Assembly: GCA_963770835.1 (NCBI GenBank)
Contig: CAVYRH010000019.1
Span: forward strand, 96,001-160,000
DNA from: an uncultured Pseudomonadota bacterium
GTDB lineage: Bacteria > Oederibacteriota > Muellerivitia > Muellerivitales > Muellerivitaceae
DNA: 64,000 nucleotides
Direction of reading: 5' to 3'
A program made the position numbers and the translations under genes. Below the pieces are notes generated by a model. The model ran no database searches. It worked only from the letters and a program-made list of their open reading frames with translations, and was not told the DNA's origin. Shown here piece by piece: positions 30,499 through 39,562 of the stretch (position 1 is its first letter; every line of letters starts with the position of its first letter).

Positions 30499-31312
30499 AC
30501 CGGACCGCCTCTTCGTAAGTATCGAAACACAAGTCAATCTTATCTCCCTTGATGGCGCCACCCGTATCCGCAGCGATGGCATAGCCGTAACCTTCGACAA
30601 AAAGCGGGGTCTTCAACCGGATAAACCGGGGATCCACCGCCACCACGCCGTAGCCGGCCTTCAACCCCGAAGCGGTTGTCCCCGAGGCATAAGGCCAAGT
30701 ATCCTCCGGCCCGGGATAATAGGCAGTGGCCGCCATGGTGATGACTTTCCGAACTTGGGCCCGCTTCTTCAACGGGTAAAGCTTTTGCCGGAAAGCCGTT
30801 CCTTCCAGCACTTTAGCATCCTTTTCGGGCACCAAAACCGTGGACTTAAGGATTTTCTCGAAGGCGTCCTCACCGTTCAAGGTGTAAGATTCGGTCTGGA
30901 GTTCCTCCAAGCCGTCCTTTCCTCCTTGGACATCGATGATCTCTCCCACGTTCAGGGTATCGGTATAATCGGTGTGAATGGCGGCCGTGATCTTCCTTTT
31001 AACATCCTTGACCTGGCGCTCCACCACACCCAAGTCGATTTCCATTCCTTCCGTCACGGGTTCCGAAGGGCCCGGGACCACCACGTCCTGGGGTTTCAGC
31101 CGGATGCCCTGCTCCCGGAGCATCTCCCCCACTGTTTTTTCCGCCGTCAAAATTTCGGAAGCCTTGTCTTTTTGGCAAAGAAAAACATGGCGATAAACCG
31201 CATGAGCCTTTTGGTACCAATACCAACCGCCCGTCCCTAAAGCCAGGGTGAAACCCATCAAAACCGCTATTGAATAGACGCCCCAGCCGTTCTTTTGTTT
31301 CACCTTAACCAT
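30461..31312 (-). CDS. YabE-like DUF348/G5/3D-domain cell-wall (lytic transglycosylase-like) protein
   Basis: N-terminal TM; TVGEML...GI.L...D.V.P (DUF348); G5-like region; 3D domain ATAY...TASG...VAVDP...AADTGGAIKG.KID. Confidence 0.88.
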   Translation of the reverse strand: MVKVKQKNGWGVYSIAVLMGFTLALGTGGWYWYQKAHAVYRHVFLCQKDKASEILTAEKTVGEMLREQGIRLKPQDVVVPGPSEPVTEGMEIDLGVVERQVKDVKRKITAAIHTDYTDTLNVGEIIDVQGGKDGLEELQTESYTLNGEDAFEKILKSTVLVPEKDAKVLEGTAFRQKLYPLKKRAQVRKVITMAATAYYPGPEDTWPYASGTTASGLKAGYGVVAVDPRFIRLKTPLFVEGYGYAIAADTGGAIKGDKIDLCFDTYEEAVRFGRKNVKVYLLR

Positions 31313-31434
31313 TGTCTGATTTTACGCTCCCGAAATGGAAAATGACCCCTGAAGCGCCGCTCCGGGAGGCCGGGGTGTCGAAAGGCCAGCCTTGGCCGTT
31401 CACCGTGAACCCCAAGGCCGTTTGACCATTGGAC

Positions 31435-31998
31435 TCAGGATTCAAGAAAGTTTTTCAACAGCAATTTCCCCGATTCCGTCAGGATGGATTCGGGATGGAA
31501 TTGAACGCCTTCCACCGGAAGGATTTTATGGCGTACACCCATAATCTCCCCATCCTCGCTTTGGGCCGTCACCTCCAGGCATTCCGGCAGGGTCTCCTTC
31601 TTAATCACTAAGGAATGATACCGGGTGGCGCGGAAGGGATTGGGCAGGCCCTTGAAAACGCCCTTGCCGTCATGGGTGATCTCGCTGGTTTTCCCGTGCA
31701 TGAGCTTCTTAGCCCTGACGATGTCCCCGCCAAAGGCGTAACCGATGCTCTGGTGACCTAGGCAGACCCCCAGGATAGGTATTTTCCCCGCCAGTTCCTT
31801 GATGGTCTCCACCGAAATACCAGCCTCTTTAGGCGAACAGGGCCCCGGTGAGATGAGGATATGCGTGGGTTTACGCTTCAAAATTTCATCGACCGTAATC
31901 TCGTCGTTCCGCACCACTTGGATTTTCGCGCCCAGCTCCCCGAGGTATTGGACCAAGTTGTAGGTAAAGGAGTCGTAATTGTCGATGACAAGTATCAT
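31435..31998 (-). CDS. trpG: Anthranilate synthase component II (glutamine amidotransferase)
   Basis: [37 protein letters not shown]; coupled to trpE. Confidence 0.93.
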   Translation of the reverse strand: MILVIDNYDSFTYNLVQYLGELGAKIQVVRNDEITVDEILKRKPTHILISPGPCSPKEAGISVETIKELAGKIPILGVCLGHQSIGYAFGGDIVRAKKLMHGKTSEITHDGKGVFKGLPNPFRATRYHSLVIKKETLPECLEVTAQSEDGEIMGVRHKILPVEGVQFHPESILTESGKLLLKNFLES

Positions 31999-33665
31999 GA
32001 CCGCACCCCCTTTACAGCTTTACGGGGTTTAACGGTTTTTGTTTTGGGCCTTTTCCCGGAATTTATCTTTCTTAGCGTCTTGGCGTCTCGATGATTTTTA
32101 TCGCCCTCGGCCGCGCCAGCGGACAATGGGTGGCGTTGGACGTTAGTGCTTACTTTTTCCGCCTGGTTCACCGCCATCAAGACCGCCCGGGCCTTGTTGC
32201 AGGATTCCAGGTATTCGCTTTCCGGCACCGAATCCGCCACCAGCCCCGCGCCAGCCTGGACATAGGCCTTTCCCTTTTGGAGGATTACCGAACGGATCGT
32301 GATGGCCGAATCCATGTTCCCATCAAAGCCGAAAGCCACCACGGCCCCGCCGTAAATCCCCCGGCGTGAAGGCTCCAGTTCCTCGATGATTTCCATGGCC
32401 CGGATCTTGGGCGCGCCCGAAAGGGTGCCCGCCGGGAAACAGGATTGGAAGGCGTCGTAGGCGGTTTTATTTTTTTGGAGCTTCCCCGTAACGTCCGACA
32501 CGATATGCATGACGTGGGAATAGCGCTCAATGCGTTTGAAATGACCCACTTTGACGGTTCCAAAGTCACAGACCCGGCCCAGGTCGTTGCGGGCCAGGTC
32601 TACCAGCATCACGTGTTCGGCCAGTTCCTTGTCGTCGGCCAAGAGGCTTTCCTCCAGCTTTTGGTCTTCCTCCGGCGTTTGGCCACGCGGCCGGCTTCCG
32701 GCGATGGGCCTGGTCTCCACCACGCCCTCGTGGACCTTGATCATCATTTCCGGCGAGGACCCCACCAGGTTCACTCCCCCCACCTTCAGGATGAACATAT
32801 AAGGCGATGGATTCAGCCGCCGCAAGACCCGGTAAACGGAAACAGCGTCGGCAGGAGTTTCCTTTTCGAAGCGTTGGGAGCCGACCACTTGGATGATATC
32901 CCCCGCCTTGATGTATTCCTTGGATTTATCCACCATGCCCTTGAACATTTCCGGGGTCATGTTGGCCTTGAAGCCAAAGAGATCGTTGGGTCCCGGTTTT
33001 ACGCTTGCCGTAACCGGCATTTCAGAAACGCCTTTTAAGGGCTTTTCTAGCAACCCCGAGAGTTCCAAGAGCCGGTGAACAGCCTGGTCGTAGACTTTTT
33101 TGAGGTCGGTCTTTTCCTCAATAACCACATTCACCACCAGCCGCAGGGTCCTTTTCAGGTGGTCAAACAAGGCCAATTGGTCGGTCACCATCAGGTAAAG
33201 ATCGGGAAGGTTGAGGACATCGGGCTTTTGGGATGGCAGTTTCTCAAAATACCGGACGGCGTCATAACCGATAAACCCGACGAGCCCTCCCAGAAAACCC
33301 GACCCGCCGCCTTCGAGGGGCGCTTGTCGGATCGAGGAAACGTTACCTTTGATAACCGCCAAGGGATTGGAGGCTTTCAGGGTGGTTGACCGGCTCCCGT
33401 TTTGATGGGTCAAAACCCCGTCTTTTGCCTTGAAGATTCCGGAGGGCGAAAAACCCACGATGGAATAACGGGCCACCTGCTCGTTTTTTTCGACGCTCTC
33501 GAGCAAAAAGCCATTGTCGCCCTTGGCGAGCTTCAGGTAGGCCGAAAGTGGCGTTTCCAGGTCCGCCTGGAAGACGCAGGCCACCGGAACGCGATTGTAC
33601 TGCTTGGCTAAGGTTTTAAAGGATTCAAAAGATGGAACAATGTTGGAAGAATTGAAGCTTTTCAT
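31995..33665 (-). CDS. trpE: Anthranilate synthase component I, with ~50-aa basic C-terminal extension
   Basis: [54 protein letters not shown]. Start ATG 33665 (alternative 33695). Confidence 0.95.
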   Translation of the reverse strand: MKSFNSSNIVPSFESFKTLAKQYNRVPVACVFQADLETPLSAYLKLAKGDNGFLLESVEKNEQVARYSIVGFSPSGIFKAKDGVLTHQNGSRSTTLKASNPLAVIKGNVSSIRQAPLEGGGSGFLGGLVGFIGYDAVRYFEKLPSQKPDVLNLPDLYLMVTDQLALFDHLKRTLRLVVNVVIEEKTDLKKVYDQAVHRLLELSGLLEKPLKGVSEMPVTASVKPGPNDLFGFKANMTPEMFKGMVDKSKEYIKAGDIIQVVGSQRFEKETPADAVSVYRVLRRLNPSPYMFILKVGGVNLVGSSPEMMIKVHEGVVETRPIAGSRPRGQTPEEDQKLEESLLADDKELAEHVMLVDLARNDLGRVCDFGTVKVGHFKRIERYSHVMHIVSDVTGKLQKNKTAYDAFQSCFPAGTLSGAPKIRAMEIIEELEPSRRGIYGGAVVAFGFDGNMDSAITIRSVILQKGKAYVQAGAGLVADSVPESEYLESCNKARAVLMAVNQAEKVSTNVQRHPLSAGAAEGDKNHRDAKTLRKINSGKRPKTKTVKPRKAVKGVRS

Positions 33666-33800
33666 GGAAGAAACCCCCTTGGTTTTGTCCCACATCTATT
33701 TTTGAAAAAAATTGATGTTTTCTGGGACTATACCGATCTCCTTATGGTTTTATGGAAGATCGGCATGAATTTAAATCGGAACGACAGCTTTCCTGGGCTC

Positions 33801-33860
33801 TTAAGCGAGCCAAGAGAAGCGACGCCAATGATTTAAATTCGCACCAAACGAAGGTTTCAT
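33801..33860 (-). CDS. Putative trp leader peptide MKPSFGANLNHWRRFSWLA (19 aa)
   Basis: ATG overlaps the hisI stop (ATGA). Two TGG codons; lies on the 5' arm of a long hairpin ahead of trpE. Confidence 0.6.
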   Translation of the reverse strand: MKPSFGANLNHWRRFSWLA

Positions 33861-34243
33861 TTGTGGCCGTAGACCTTTTCCGGGTCGAACACCTGGACTC
33901 CCACATCCTTCCAATTGTCCCCCGACAATTCATTGAAGAAACAGGAACGCTTGCCGGTGTGGCAGGCGGCTTCCCCGACTTGCTCTATTTTTACCAGAAT
34001 CGCGTCTTTGTCGCAATCGGTATAAAGAGACTGGAGTTTCTGAACATTGCCTGATTCTTCACCCTTTTTCCACAGTTTCTTGCGGCTACGGCTCCAGTAG
34101 GTCACATTGCCGGTTTTGATCGTATGTTCGAGGGATTCCCGATTGGCAAAAGCGAACATGAGGATTTCCCCGGTCTTCGCGTCCTGCGCGATGACGGGAA
34201 TCAAACCGTCTTCTTGGAACTTCAACGTATCGATCCAGCTCAT
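33857..34243 (-). CDS. hisI: Phosphoribosyl-AMP cyclohydrolase
   Basis: GLIPVIAQD, YWSRSR..LW.KGEESG, DCDKD, ACHTG..SCF. Monofunctional (no HisE domain). Confidence 0.96.
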   Translation of the reverse strand: MSWIDTLKFQEDGLIPVIAQDAKTGEILMFAFANRESLEHTIKTGNVTYWSRSRKKLWKKGEESGNVQKLQSLYTDCDKDAILVKIEQVGEAACHTGKRSCFFNELSGDNWKDVGVQVFDPEKVYGHK

Positions 34244-34269
34244 AGGTTCCTCCTAAAAATGGAGAGGGG

Positions 34270-34298
34270 ATATTACCCGAAGCTAGGTTCAGATGCAA
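34270..34298 (-). promoter_or_regulatory. Putative sigma70 promoter for hisI-trpE-trpG
   Basis: TTGCAT-17 nt-TAATAT on the minus strand upstream of the hisI AGGAGG RBS. Confidence 0.5.
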
Positions 34299-34304
34299 AT
34301 TTAA

Positions 34305-34859
34305 TCAATGGGTGGGACGGCGGTCGCTTTCCAAAATGGCATAAAGGTAGGAATCCCGCCAAGCGCCCTTTTGAAAGACATTTTGCCGGAGCAGGCCTTC
34401 CCTTTTCATGCCGGCTTTCTCCAACACCCGGGCGGAGGCCTTATTGGGGGGGTCACAGGTTGCCCAAATTCGGTGAAGTTTCAATTTGGAAAAGCCGAAG
34501 TCGATGATGGCCTTCGTCGCTTCCGTAGCGTAACCCTTGTCCCAATAAGAACGATGGAAAACATAACCCAAATCTCCTTCCCTAAAGATCGGGTTTTGGA
34601 TTCGGATTCCGCAACCTCCGATCAGTCGATCTTTCGATTTTAAGACAACTCCCAATTCAAATTTGGTCCTAGGTTTTTGCCGGCTTAAACTCTGGACAAG
34701 ACGAATGTAGGCCTTGGTTTGGGTGGGCGTATTCGGGCCCCAAGGCATGAATCGGACAACGACTGGATCGGAACCCCACTCATGAGCCTTCTTCAAATCC
34801 CCGGAAACAAAATCCCGTAAAATAAGGCGTTTGGTTTCAATAGGCTTGAATTTTCCCAA
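34305..34859 (-). CDS. GNAT (RimJ/RimL-like) N-acetyltransferase
   Basis: IETKRLILR, YWDKGYATEA, N.ASARVLEKAGMKREG. Confidence 0.9.
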   Translation of the reverse strand: MGKFKPIETKRLILRDFVSGDLKKAHEWGSDPVVVRFMPWGPNTPTQTKAYIRLVQSLSRQKPRTKFELGVVLKSKDRLIGGCGIRIQNPIFREGDLGYVFHRSYWDKGYATEATKAIIDFGFSKLKLHRIWATCDPPNKASARVLEKAGMKREGLLRQNVFQKGAWRDSYLYAILESDRRPTH

Positions 34860-34871
34860 TGGAAACTTCCT

Positions 34872-35450
34872 TTACTTTTGAACGCGGGGCCAGGAGCCCA
34901 ATGGGGGCCAGGGGTCGTTCAAAAGCCTTTCCACCAGCTTTTTGGGGTCCGACTCGAGAACAAGGGCCTCGACCAAACCCGGCTTCACAAAACCTTCCCC
35001 TTCGATGCTGGAAAGAAAATGAAAAAGGCGGTCGTAAAAGCCGTCCACGTTGAGAAACCCGATGGGCTTGGATTGGAACCCCAATTGGTTCCAGGTGATC
35101 ATTTCCATGGTTTCATCCAAGGTGCCGACCCCCCCGGGGAGGGCGATAAAGGCGTCCGCAAGTTCCGCCATTTTGGCTTTCCGCTCGTGCATACCCTTCA
35201 CAATGTGCAGTTCGCTCAAACCGGAGTGGGCCACTTCTTTGGTTTCCAAGGCTTCAGGCAGGACGCCGATGGCCCGGCCCCCCTGGGTTAAAACCGAATC
35301 CGCCAATTGTCCCATCAGGCCGATCTTGGAGCCCCCATACACCAGGGACAAACCATGGTCGGCCAGAACTTTCCCAAGCTGTTTCGCCTGCTCAGCGTAA
35401 CTGGATTTATTCCCTGGGCTGGAACCGCAATAAACGCAGATGGCCTTCAT
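34872..35450 (-). CDS. LOG-family nucleotide phosphoribohydrolase (TIGR00730-like)
   Basis: ICVYCGSS, LVYGG, GLMG, MHERK, PGGVGTLDE. ATG 35450 overlaps the upstream stop. Confidence 0.92.
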   Translation of the reverse strand: MKAICVYCGSSPGNKSSYAEQAKQLGKVLADHGLSLVYGGSKIGLMGQLADSVLTQGGRAIGVLPEALETKEVAHSGLSELHIVKGMHERKAKMAELADAFIALPGGVGTLDETMEMITWNQLGFQSKPIGFLNVDGFYDRLFHFLSSIEGEGFVKPGLVEALVLESDPKKLVERLLNDPWPPLGSWPRVQK

Positions 35451-35908
35451 AGTTTTGGGGTCTGTTTTGGCTTTTTCTTTGCGAACAGCCGCTCCAGCCC
35501 GATCACGATTGCGGTGGCCACGGAGCATCCGATGAAAAACGATCGAGCGAAGGTTTTAGGGTCTCCGGGGGGGAAAAAAATAGCGAGGGCCAGGCTCCAG
35601 GGCCAGGGGTTCGTTACCACCAGCCCCACCGAAAATCCCACGTAAGAACCCATCTTTTTCACGCCCTGGGGCATTTCCTTGATCCGCTCGAGGATGCGAT
35701 GGACGGCGTAAAAATAAATGAACCCCGCGATCAAGCCTATAACCCAAAAGGCGCCGGAACCGAACCCCGCAATCCAAATCCGGAGTTTGAAAAAACCCCA
35801 ATAAGCCTGAACGCCAAGCCATCCCAGGCCGACGAGGGCAAGCAAGTACATGGAAAGCTTGAACTTGGTGAACCGTTTTTTGGGAATGGGTTGGATGGGG
35901 TCGCTCAT
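35447..35908 (-). CDS. Hypothetical membrane protein
   Basis: About four hydrophobic segments; coupled (ATGA) to the LOG gene. Confidence 0.7.
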   Translation of the reverse strand: MSDPIQPIPKKRFTKFKLSMYLLALVGLGWLGVQAYWGFFKLRIWIAGFGSGAFWVIGLIAGFIYFYAVHRILERIKEMPQGVKKMGSYVGFSVGLVVTNPWPWSLALAIFFPPGDPKTFARSFFIGCSVATAIVIGLERLFAKKKPKQTPKL

Positions 35909-35922
35909 AGCGCCCTTAGTTT

Positions 35923-36007
35923 ACCGGCTGCCAAGGCCACGGGCAATGCCCGTGGGCCTAGCCGTGTACCTGGCCGTGGTCATGCCACGGCCAGGTGGCA
36001 GCTCGGT
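35923..36007. repeat. REP-like GC-rich three-way-junction palindrome
   Basis: CCACGGGC-AAT-GCCCGTGG and ACCTGGCCGTGG-TCATG-CCACGGCCAGGT hairpins enclosed by GCTGCCA/TGGCAGC. Confidence 0.6.
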
Positions 36008-36103
36008 CCAATTACTCTATAAAGATCCAGTTGTTTACTGGATTTGATCTGGTGGTGTCGAAAGAAGAAAAGGAAGAGCTGTCCCTTGACAATAGACCCA
36101 GTT

Positions 36104-36385
36104 TCAATACTTCCCCGGTTCTCTTTCGACGATTTGAATCTCAAAGCTGAGGGTTTCCTTGTTGATGGCCGCCCGGGCGACGAAAGGATGGCCGTTTTTC
36201 CATCCCCTTTGCAAACCAGGGTTGTTTTTCATGATCTCCGCCATGAAAAAATCCAATTGCTTTTTCGCGAAAGCCTCGACGTTTTCCAGGGTTTTTTCCG
36301 AGTTGGGTTTGTTGGCGAAATGCATGACGACGTTCTTCCGGATGAGTTTTTCCATTTGGGAAAGAATATTGCTGGATTCGGGCAC
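36104..36385 (-). CDS. Hypothetical protein, paralog of 36394-36663
   Basis: Shares EKT...FA.KQLDFF...P.L...W.NGHP with its neighbour; GTG start. Confidence 0.8.
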   Translation of the reverse strand: MPESSNILSQMEKLIRKNVVMHFANKPNSEKTLENVEAFAKKQLDFFMAEIMKNNPGLQRGWKNGHPFVARAAINKETLSFEIQIVEREPGKY

Positions 36386-36393
36386 GCCCCCCC

Positions 36394-36663
36394 CTACTCG
36401 TCGCAGGTAATCTCGACCTCGAATTTATCGGCCACAGTCGTCATCCGCAGGTGCACATGGTAGGGATGTCCATTGGCCCATTTCGCCCGCAACTCGGGCA
36501 TTTCCTTGACGATTCCATTGATGAAGAAATCCAGCTGTTTCTGGGCGAAGAATTTCACCTTATCCGGCGTCTTCTCAGCGGGCTTTAAGGGGCCGAAATA
36601 CTTGTTCACATTGTCCTGAACAAGATCCCGAAGGCGCTTGACGACATCTTTAGGGAGGCTCAT
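36394..36663 (-). CDS. Hypothetical protein, paralog of 36104-36385
   Basis: ATGA overlap with the hisF stop; 30/89 ungapped identities with its neighbour (manual count). Confidence 0.8.
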   Translation of the reverse strand: MSLPKDVVKRLRDLVQDNVNKYFGPLKPAEKTPDKVKFFAQKQLDFFINGIVKEMPELRAKWANGHPYHVHLRMTTVADKFEVEITCDE

Positions 36664-37430
36664 AGCCGCACCGGAATATTTTTGGATTTCAGGTATTCCT
36701 TGGCCTGTTTAACGGAGTATTCGCGGTAATGAAAAATGGACGCGGCCAGGACCGCATCGGCTTTTCCTTGGAGGATTCCCTCCGCCAGATGTTCCAGCTT
36801 CCCGACCCCGCCTGAGGCGATGACCGGCACCGAAACAGCCTCGGAGATGGCGCGGGTCAATTCCAGGTCGTAGCCGTTCTTCGTGCCATCCCGGTCCATA
36901 CTGGTTAAAAGGATTTCACCCGCTCCCAAATCAACCCCCTGTTTGGCCCATTCTACCGCATCCTTGCCGGTTGCCGTGCGGCCACCGTGGGTGTAAACCT
37001 CCCAACCTTTTGAGGGATCGTCGGAATTCCGGCGTTTGGCGTCGATGGCCAAAACGATGCACTGGGCCCCGAATTTTTCCGCCCCCTCTTTGAGCACTTG
37101 GGGATTTTCCACCGCCCGGGTGTTCACGGAAACCTTGTCCGCGCCGGATTTCAGGAGAGTCCGGATGTCATCGGTGGTGCGCACCCCACCACCCACGGTG
37201 AGGGGCATGAAAACCGCTTCCGCCGTTCGGGTCACCACGTCCAGGAGGATGTTTCGTTTTTCATGGGATGCGGTGATATCCAGGAAGACCAGTTCGTCGG
37301 CGCCCTCGGCATCGTATTGTTTGGCGATCTCCACCGGGTCCCCCGCGTCGCGCAGGTTCTCGAACTTGACGCCTTTGACCACCCGGCCTTCCTTGACGTC
37401 CAGACAGGGGATGATGCGCTTGGCCAGCAT
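36660..37430 (-). CDS. hisF: Imidazole glycerol phosphate synthase cyclase subunit
   Basis: [39 protein letters not shown]. Confidence 0.97.
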   Translation of the reverse strand: MLAKRIIPCLDVKEGRVVKGVKFENLRDAGDPVEIAKQYDAEGADELVFLDITASHEKRNILLDVVTRTAEAVFMPLTVGGGVRTTDDIRTLLKSGADKVSVNTRAVENPQVLKEGAEKFGAQCIVLAIDAKRRNSDDPSKGWEVYTHGGRTATGKDAVEWAKQGVDLGAGEILLTSMDRDGTKNGYDLELTRAISEAVSVPVIASGGVGKLEHLAEGILQGKADAVLAASIFHYREYSVKQAKEYLKSKNIPVRL

Positions 37431-38186
37431 TTATTTCTTCTTCCGGGCGCGGGGCTGGAGGGGTTCTTTCGCGATCTTGATGGCCTGCTTCAAGTCGATC
37501 TTCCCAGTGTAAAGCGCCTTACCGATGATGACGGAGGTGATGCCGTATTTCTCGAGCCGCTTGGCGTGCTCGATGTCTTTATAACCGGAAATCCCGCCGG
37601 AGGCGATGACGGGCACCTTCACCGCGCGAGCCAGTTCTTTGGTGCTTTTGAAATTAGGGCCTTCGAGCATGCCATCGCGTTGGATGTCGGTAAAAATGAT
37701 CTGCGCCACGCCCAGTTCCACCATTTCCTTGGCCAGGTCGATGGCGTTCACCTTGGTGACCTGCTTCCAGCCTTTGATGGCCACCATCCCCTTCTTGGCG
37801 TCGATGCCCGCGATGATGGACTTGCCGTATTCCTTCACCGCTTCCTTGACGAAATCCTTGTTCTGGACCGCCGAAGTGCCCAAGATGACGAAATCCACAC
37901 CGATGGAAAGGACCTTCTCGATGGTCTTGAGGTCGCGGATGCCGCCCCCCACCTGCACTTTCAGGTCCGTGGCCTTGATGATTTCTTTCACGTAGTCTAG
38001 ATTAGCCAGTTTCCCGGAAAAGGCCCCGTCCAGGTCGATAACATGCAGGCGTTTGGCGCCCTTGAGCTTCCAGAGTTTGGCAACCGAGACGGGCTCTTGG
38101 GAATAAACGGTTTCGTCCCGCAGGTCGCCTTGCACCAGCCGCACACAGCGGCCCTTGCGAATATCAATCGCTGGAATGACGTACAT
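37431..38186 (-). CDS. hisA: ProFAR isomerase
   Basis: [44 protein letters not shown]. Confidence 0.96.
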   Translation of the reverse strand: MYVIPAIDIRKGRCVRLVQGDLRDETVYSQEPVSVAKLWKLKGAKRLHVIDLDGAFSGKLANLDYVKEIIKATDLKVQVGGGIRDLKTIEKVLSIGVDFVILGTSAVQNKDFVKEAVKEYGKSIIAGIDAKKGMVAIKGWKQVTKVNAIDLAKEMVELGVAQIIFTDIQRDGMLEGPNFKSTKELARAVKVPVIASGGISGYKDIEHAKRLEKYGITSVIIGKALYTGKIDLKQAIKIAKEPLQPRARKKK

Positions 38187-38193
38187 ATAAATC

Positions 38194-38222
38194 CTTACGG
38201 TTCTTGGTGCACCTGGTGGTTA
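38194..38222 (-). repeat. Single periodic arm (9-nt period, CACCAAG type) starting at the hisH stop
   Basis: Minus strand TAA-CCACCAGG-TGCACCAAG-AACCGTAAG. Confidence 0.55.
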
Positions 38223-38834
38223 ATTGCCTTGGACCAGGTTTTTGAAATTCTCATAAATCTTCAAACCGACCGTCTGGCTCTTTTCGGGGTGGAACTGGGT
38301 TCCAAACACGTTCTTTTCCCAAACCATACAGGTGAAATCCACCCCATAGGAGCTTTGGGCTGCGATGATCCCCGGATTTTCCGGCGCCACGTAATAGGAG
38401 TGGACGAAATACAGGTAGTCGCCATCCTTCAGCCCTTTGAGTAGGGGGTTGTTGCTTTTCTTGATTTGGATCTGGTTCCAGCCCATATGGGGCACCTTTT
38501 GGCCCTGGGCGAACTTCACCACCCGGCCCGGAAAAATCCCCAGGCCCTTGGAAAGGCCGAATTCCTCGCTTTCGGCGAAAAGCATCTGGAGCCCAACGCA
38601 GACGCCCAGGAACGGCTTGCCCGAGGCGATATAGGCCTTGATAGCCTTTGCCAGTTCCGACCGGTGCATGGCGTCCATGGAATCCTTGAAGGCACCGACG
38701 CCCGGCAGCACCACGCCGTCGGACTTTTCCACGTCGTGCCAGTCCGAGGTCACGCGGGTCTTGGCCCCGACCTTTTCCAAGGCCTTGGCCACGCTGTGCA
38801 GGTTGCCCACTCCATAATCAACGACCGAAATCAT
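38220..38834 (-). CDS. hisH: Imidazole glycerol phosphate synthase glutaminase subunit
   Basis: VVDYGVGNL.SV, LPGVGAF, GVCVGLQ, PHMGWN, YFVHSY, QFHPEKS. ATG 38834 with GGAG RBS. Confidence 0.96.
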   Translation of the reverse strand: MISVVDYGVGNLHSVAKALEKVGAKTRVTSDWHDVEKSDGVVLPGVGAFKDSMDAMHRSELAKAIKAYIASGKPFLGVCVGLQMLFAESEEFGLSKGLGIFPGRVVKFAQGQKVPHMGWNQIQIKKSNNPLLKGLKDGDYLYFVHSYYVAPENPGIIAAQSSYGVDFTCMVWEKNVFGTQFHPEKSQTVGLKIYENFKNLVQGN

Positions 38835-38849
38835 AAAATCTCCAGGTTC

Positions 38850-38942
38850 GAGCACCAAGACCACCAAGAAAGACAAAGATTTTCCAAACCTAAATCTTCG
38901 GATTTTGAAGTTCTTGGTGTACTTGGTGACCTTGGTGGTTAA
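38850..38942. repeat. Inverted-repeat element with 9-nt periodic arms (CACCAAG type)
   Basis: Left CACCAAGAC-CACCAAGAA; right CTTGGTGTA-CTTGGTGAC-CTTGGTGGTTAA; between hisB and hisH. Confidence 0.75.
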
Positions 38943-38954
38943 TAGCCTTATTGT

Positions 38955-39548
38955 TTAAAGATTTCCCTTAGTGGAAGGGACACCCTTCACCTTTGAATCG
39001 TAGGCTACCGCCATTTTCAGGGCCCTTGCGAAACTCTTGAAAGCCGCTTCGGTCACGTGATGGCTATTGCGACCGTGGATCTTCTCCAGGTGCAGGTTGA
39101 ACTTGCCGTTGTCCACCACCGCCCGAAAGAAGTCCTCCATCAATTCGGTGTCGAAATTGCCGATCCGTTTCTTGGTGGGCAGGTCCAGGGCGAAGTTGAT
39201 GTAGTTGCGCCCGCTCAAGTCCACAACCGCCCGCACCAGGGCTTCGTCCAGGGGCACGAAGAAAAACCCAAATCGGGTAATTCCCTTCTTGTCCCCCAAG
39301 GCTTTTTCCAGGGCCATTCCCAGGCAGATGCCGATGTCTTCCACCGTGTGGTGGTCGTCGATGTGGGTGTCACCCTTGGCGATCACTTTCAGGTCGAAAC
39401 CGCTGTGTTTGCTGAAGGCTTCCAGCATGTGGTTTAAGAAGGGCACAGGGCTTTTCACCTGGTGCGAACCCGTGCCGTCCAGGTTCAAGGTCAATTCGAT
39501 CTGGGTTTCTTTGGTCTTGCGGTTGATGATTGCGGCGCGCTTGCCCAT
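38955..39548 (-). CDS. hisB: Imidazoleglycerol-phosphate dehydratase
   Basis: RKTKET, FLNHML, DDHHTVED, PLDEAL, NSHH..EA.FK. Confidence 0.96.
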   Translation of the reverse strand: MGKRAAIINRKTKETQIELTLNLDGTGSHQVKSPVPFLNHMLEAFSKHSGFDLKVIAKGDTHIDDHHTVEDIGICLGMALEKALGDKKGITRFGFFFVPLDEALVRAVVDLSGRNYINFALDLPTKKRIGNFDTELMEDFFRAVVDNGKFNLHLEKIHGRNSHHVTEAAFKSFARALKMAVAYDSKVKGVPSTKGNL

Positions 39549-39562
39549 GGCCGACTCTCCCG

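Noticed and set aside
31313..31434. Possible c-di-AMP (ydaO) riboswitch ahead of the 3D-domain gene
   Set aside because: Hairpins are present but the conserved GCUGAA/GGGGGA/AGCUAAC elements are not, and a -10 box 6 nt before the ATG suggests no leader.
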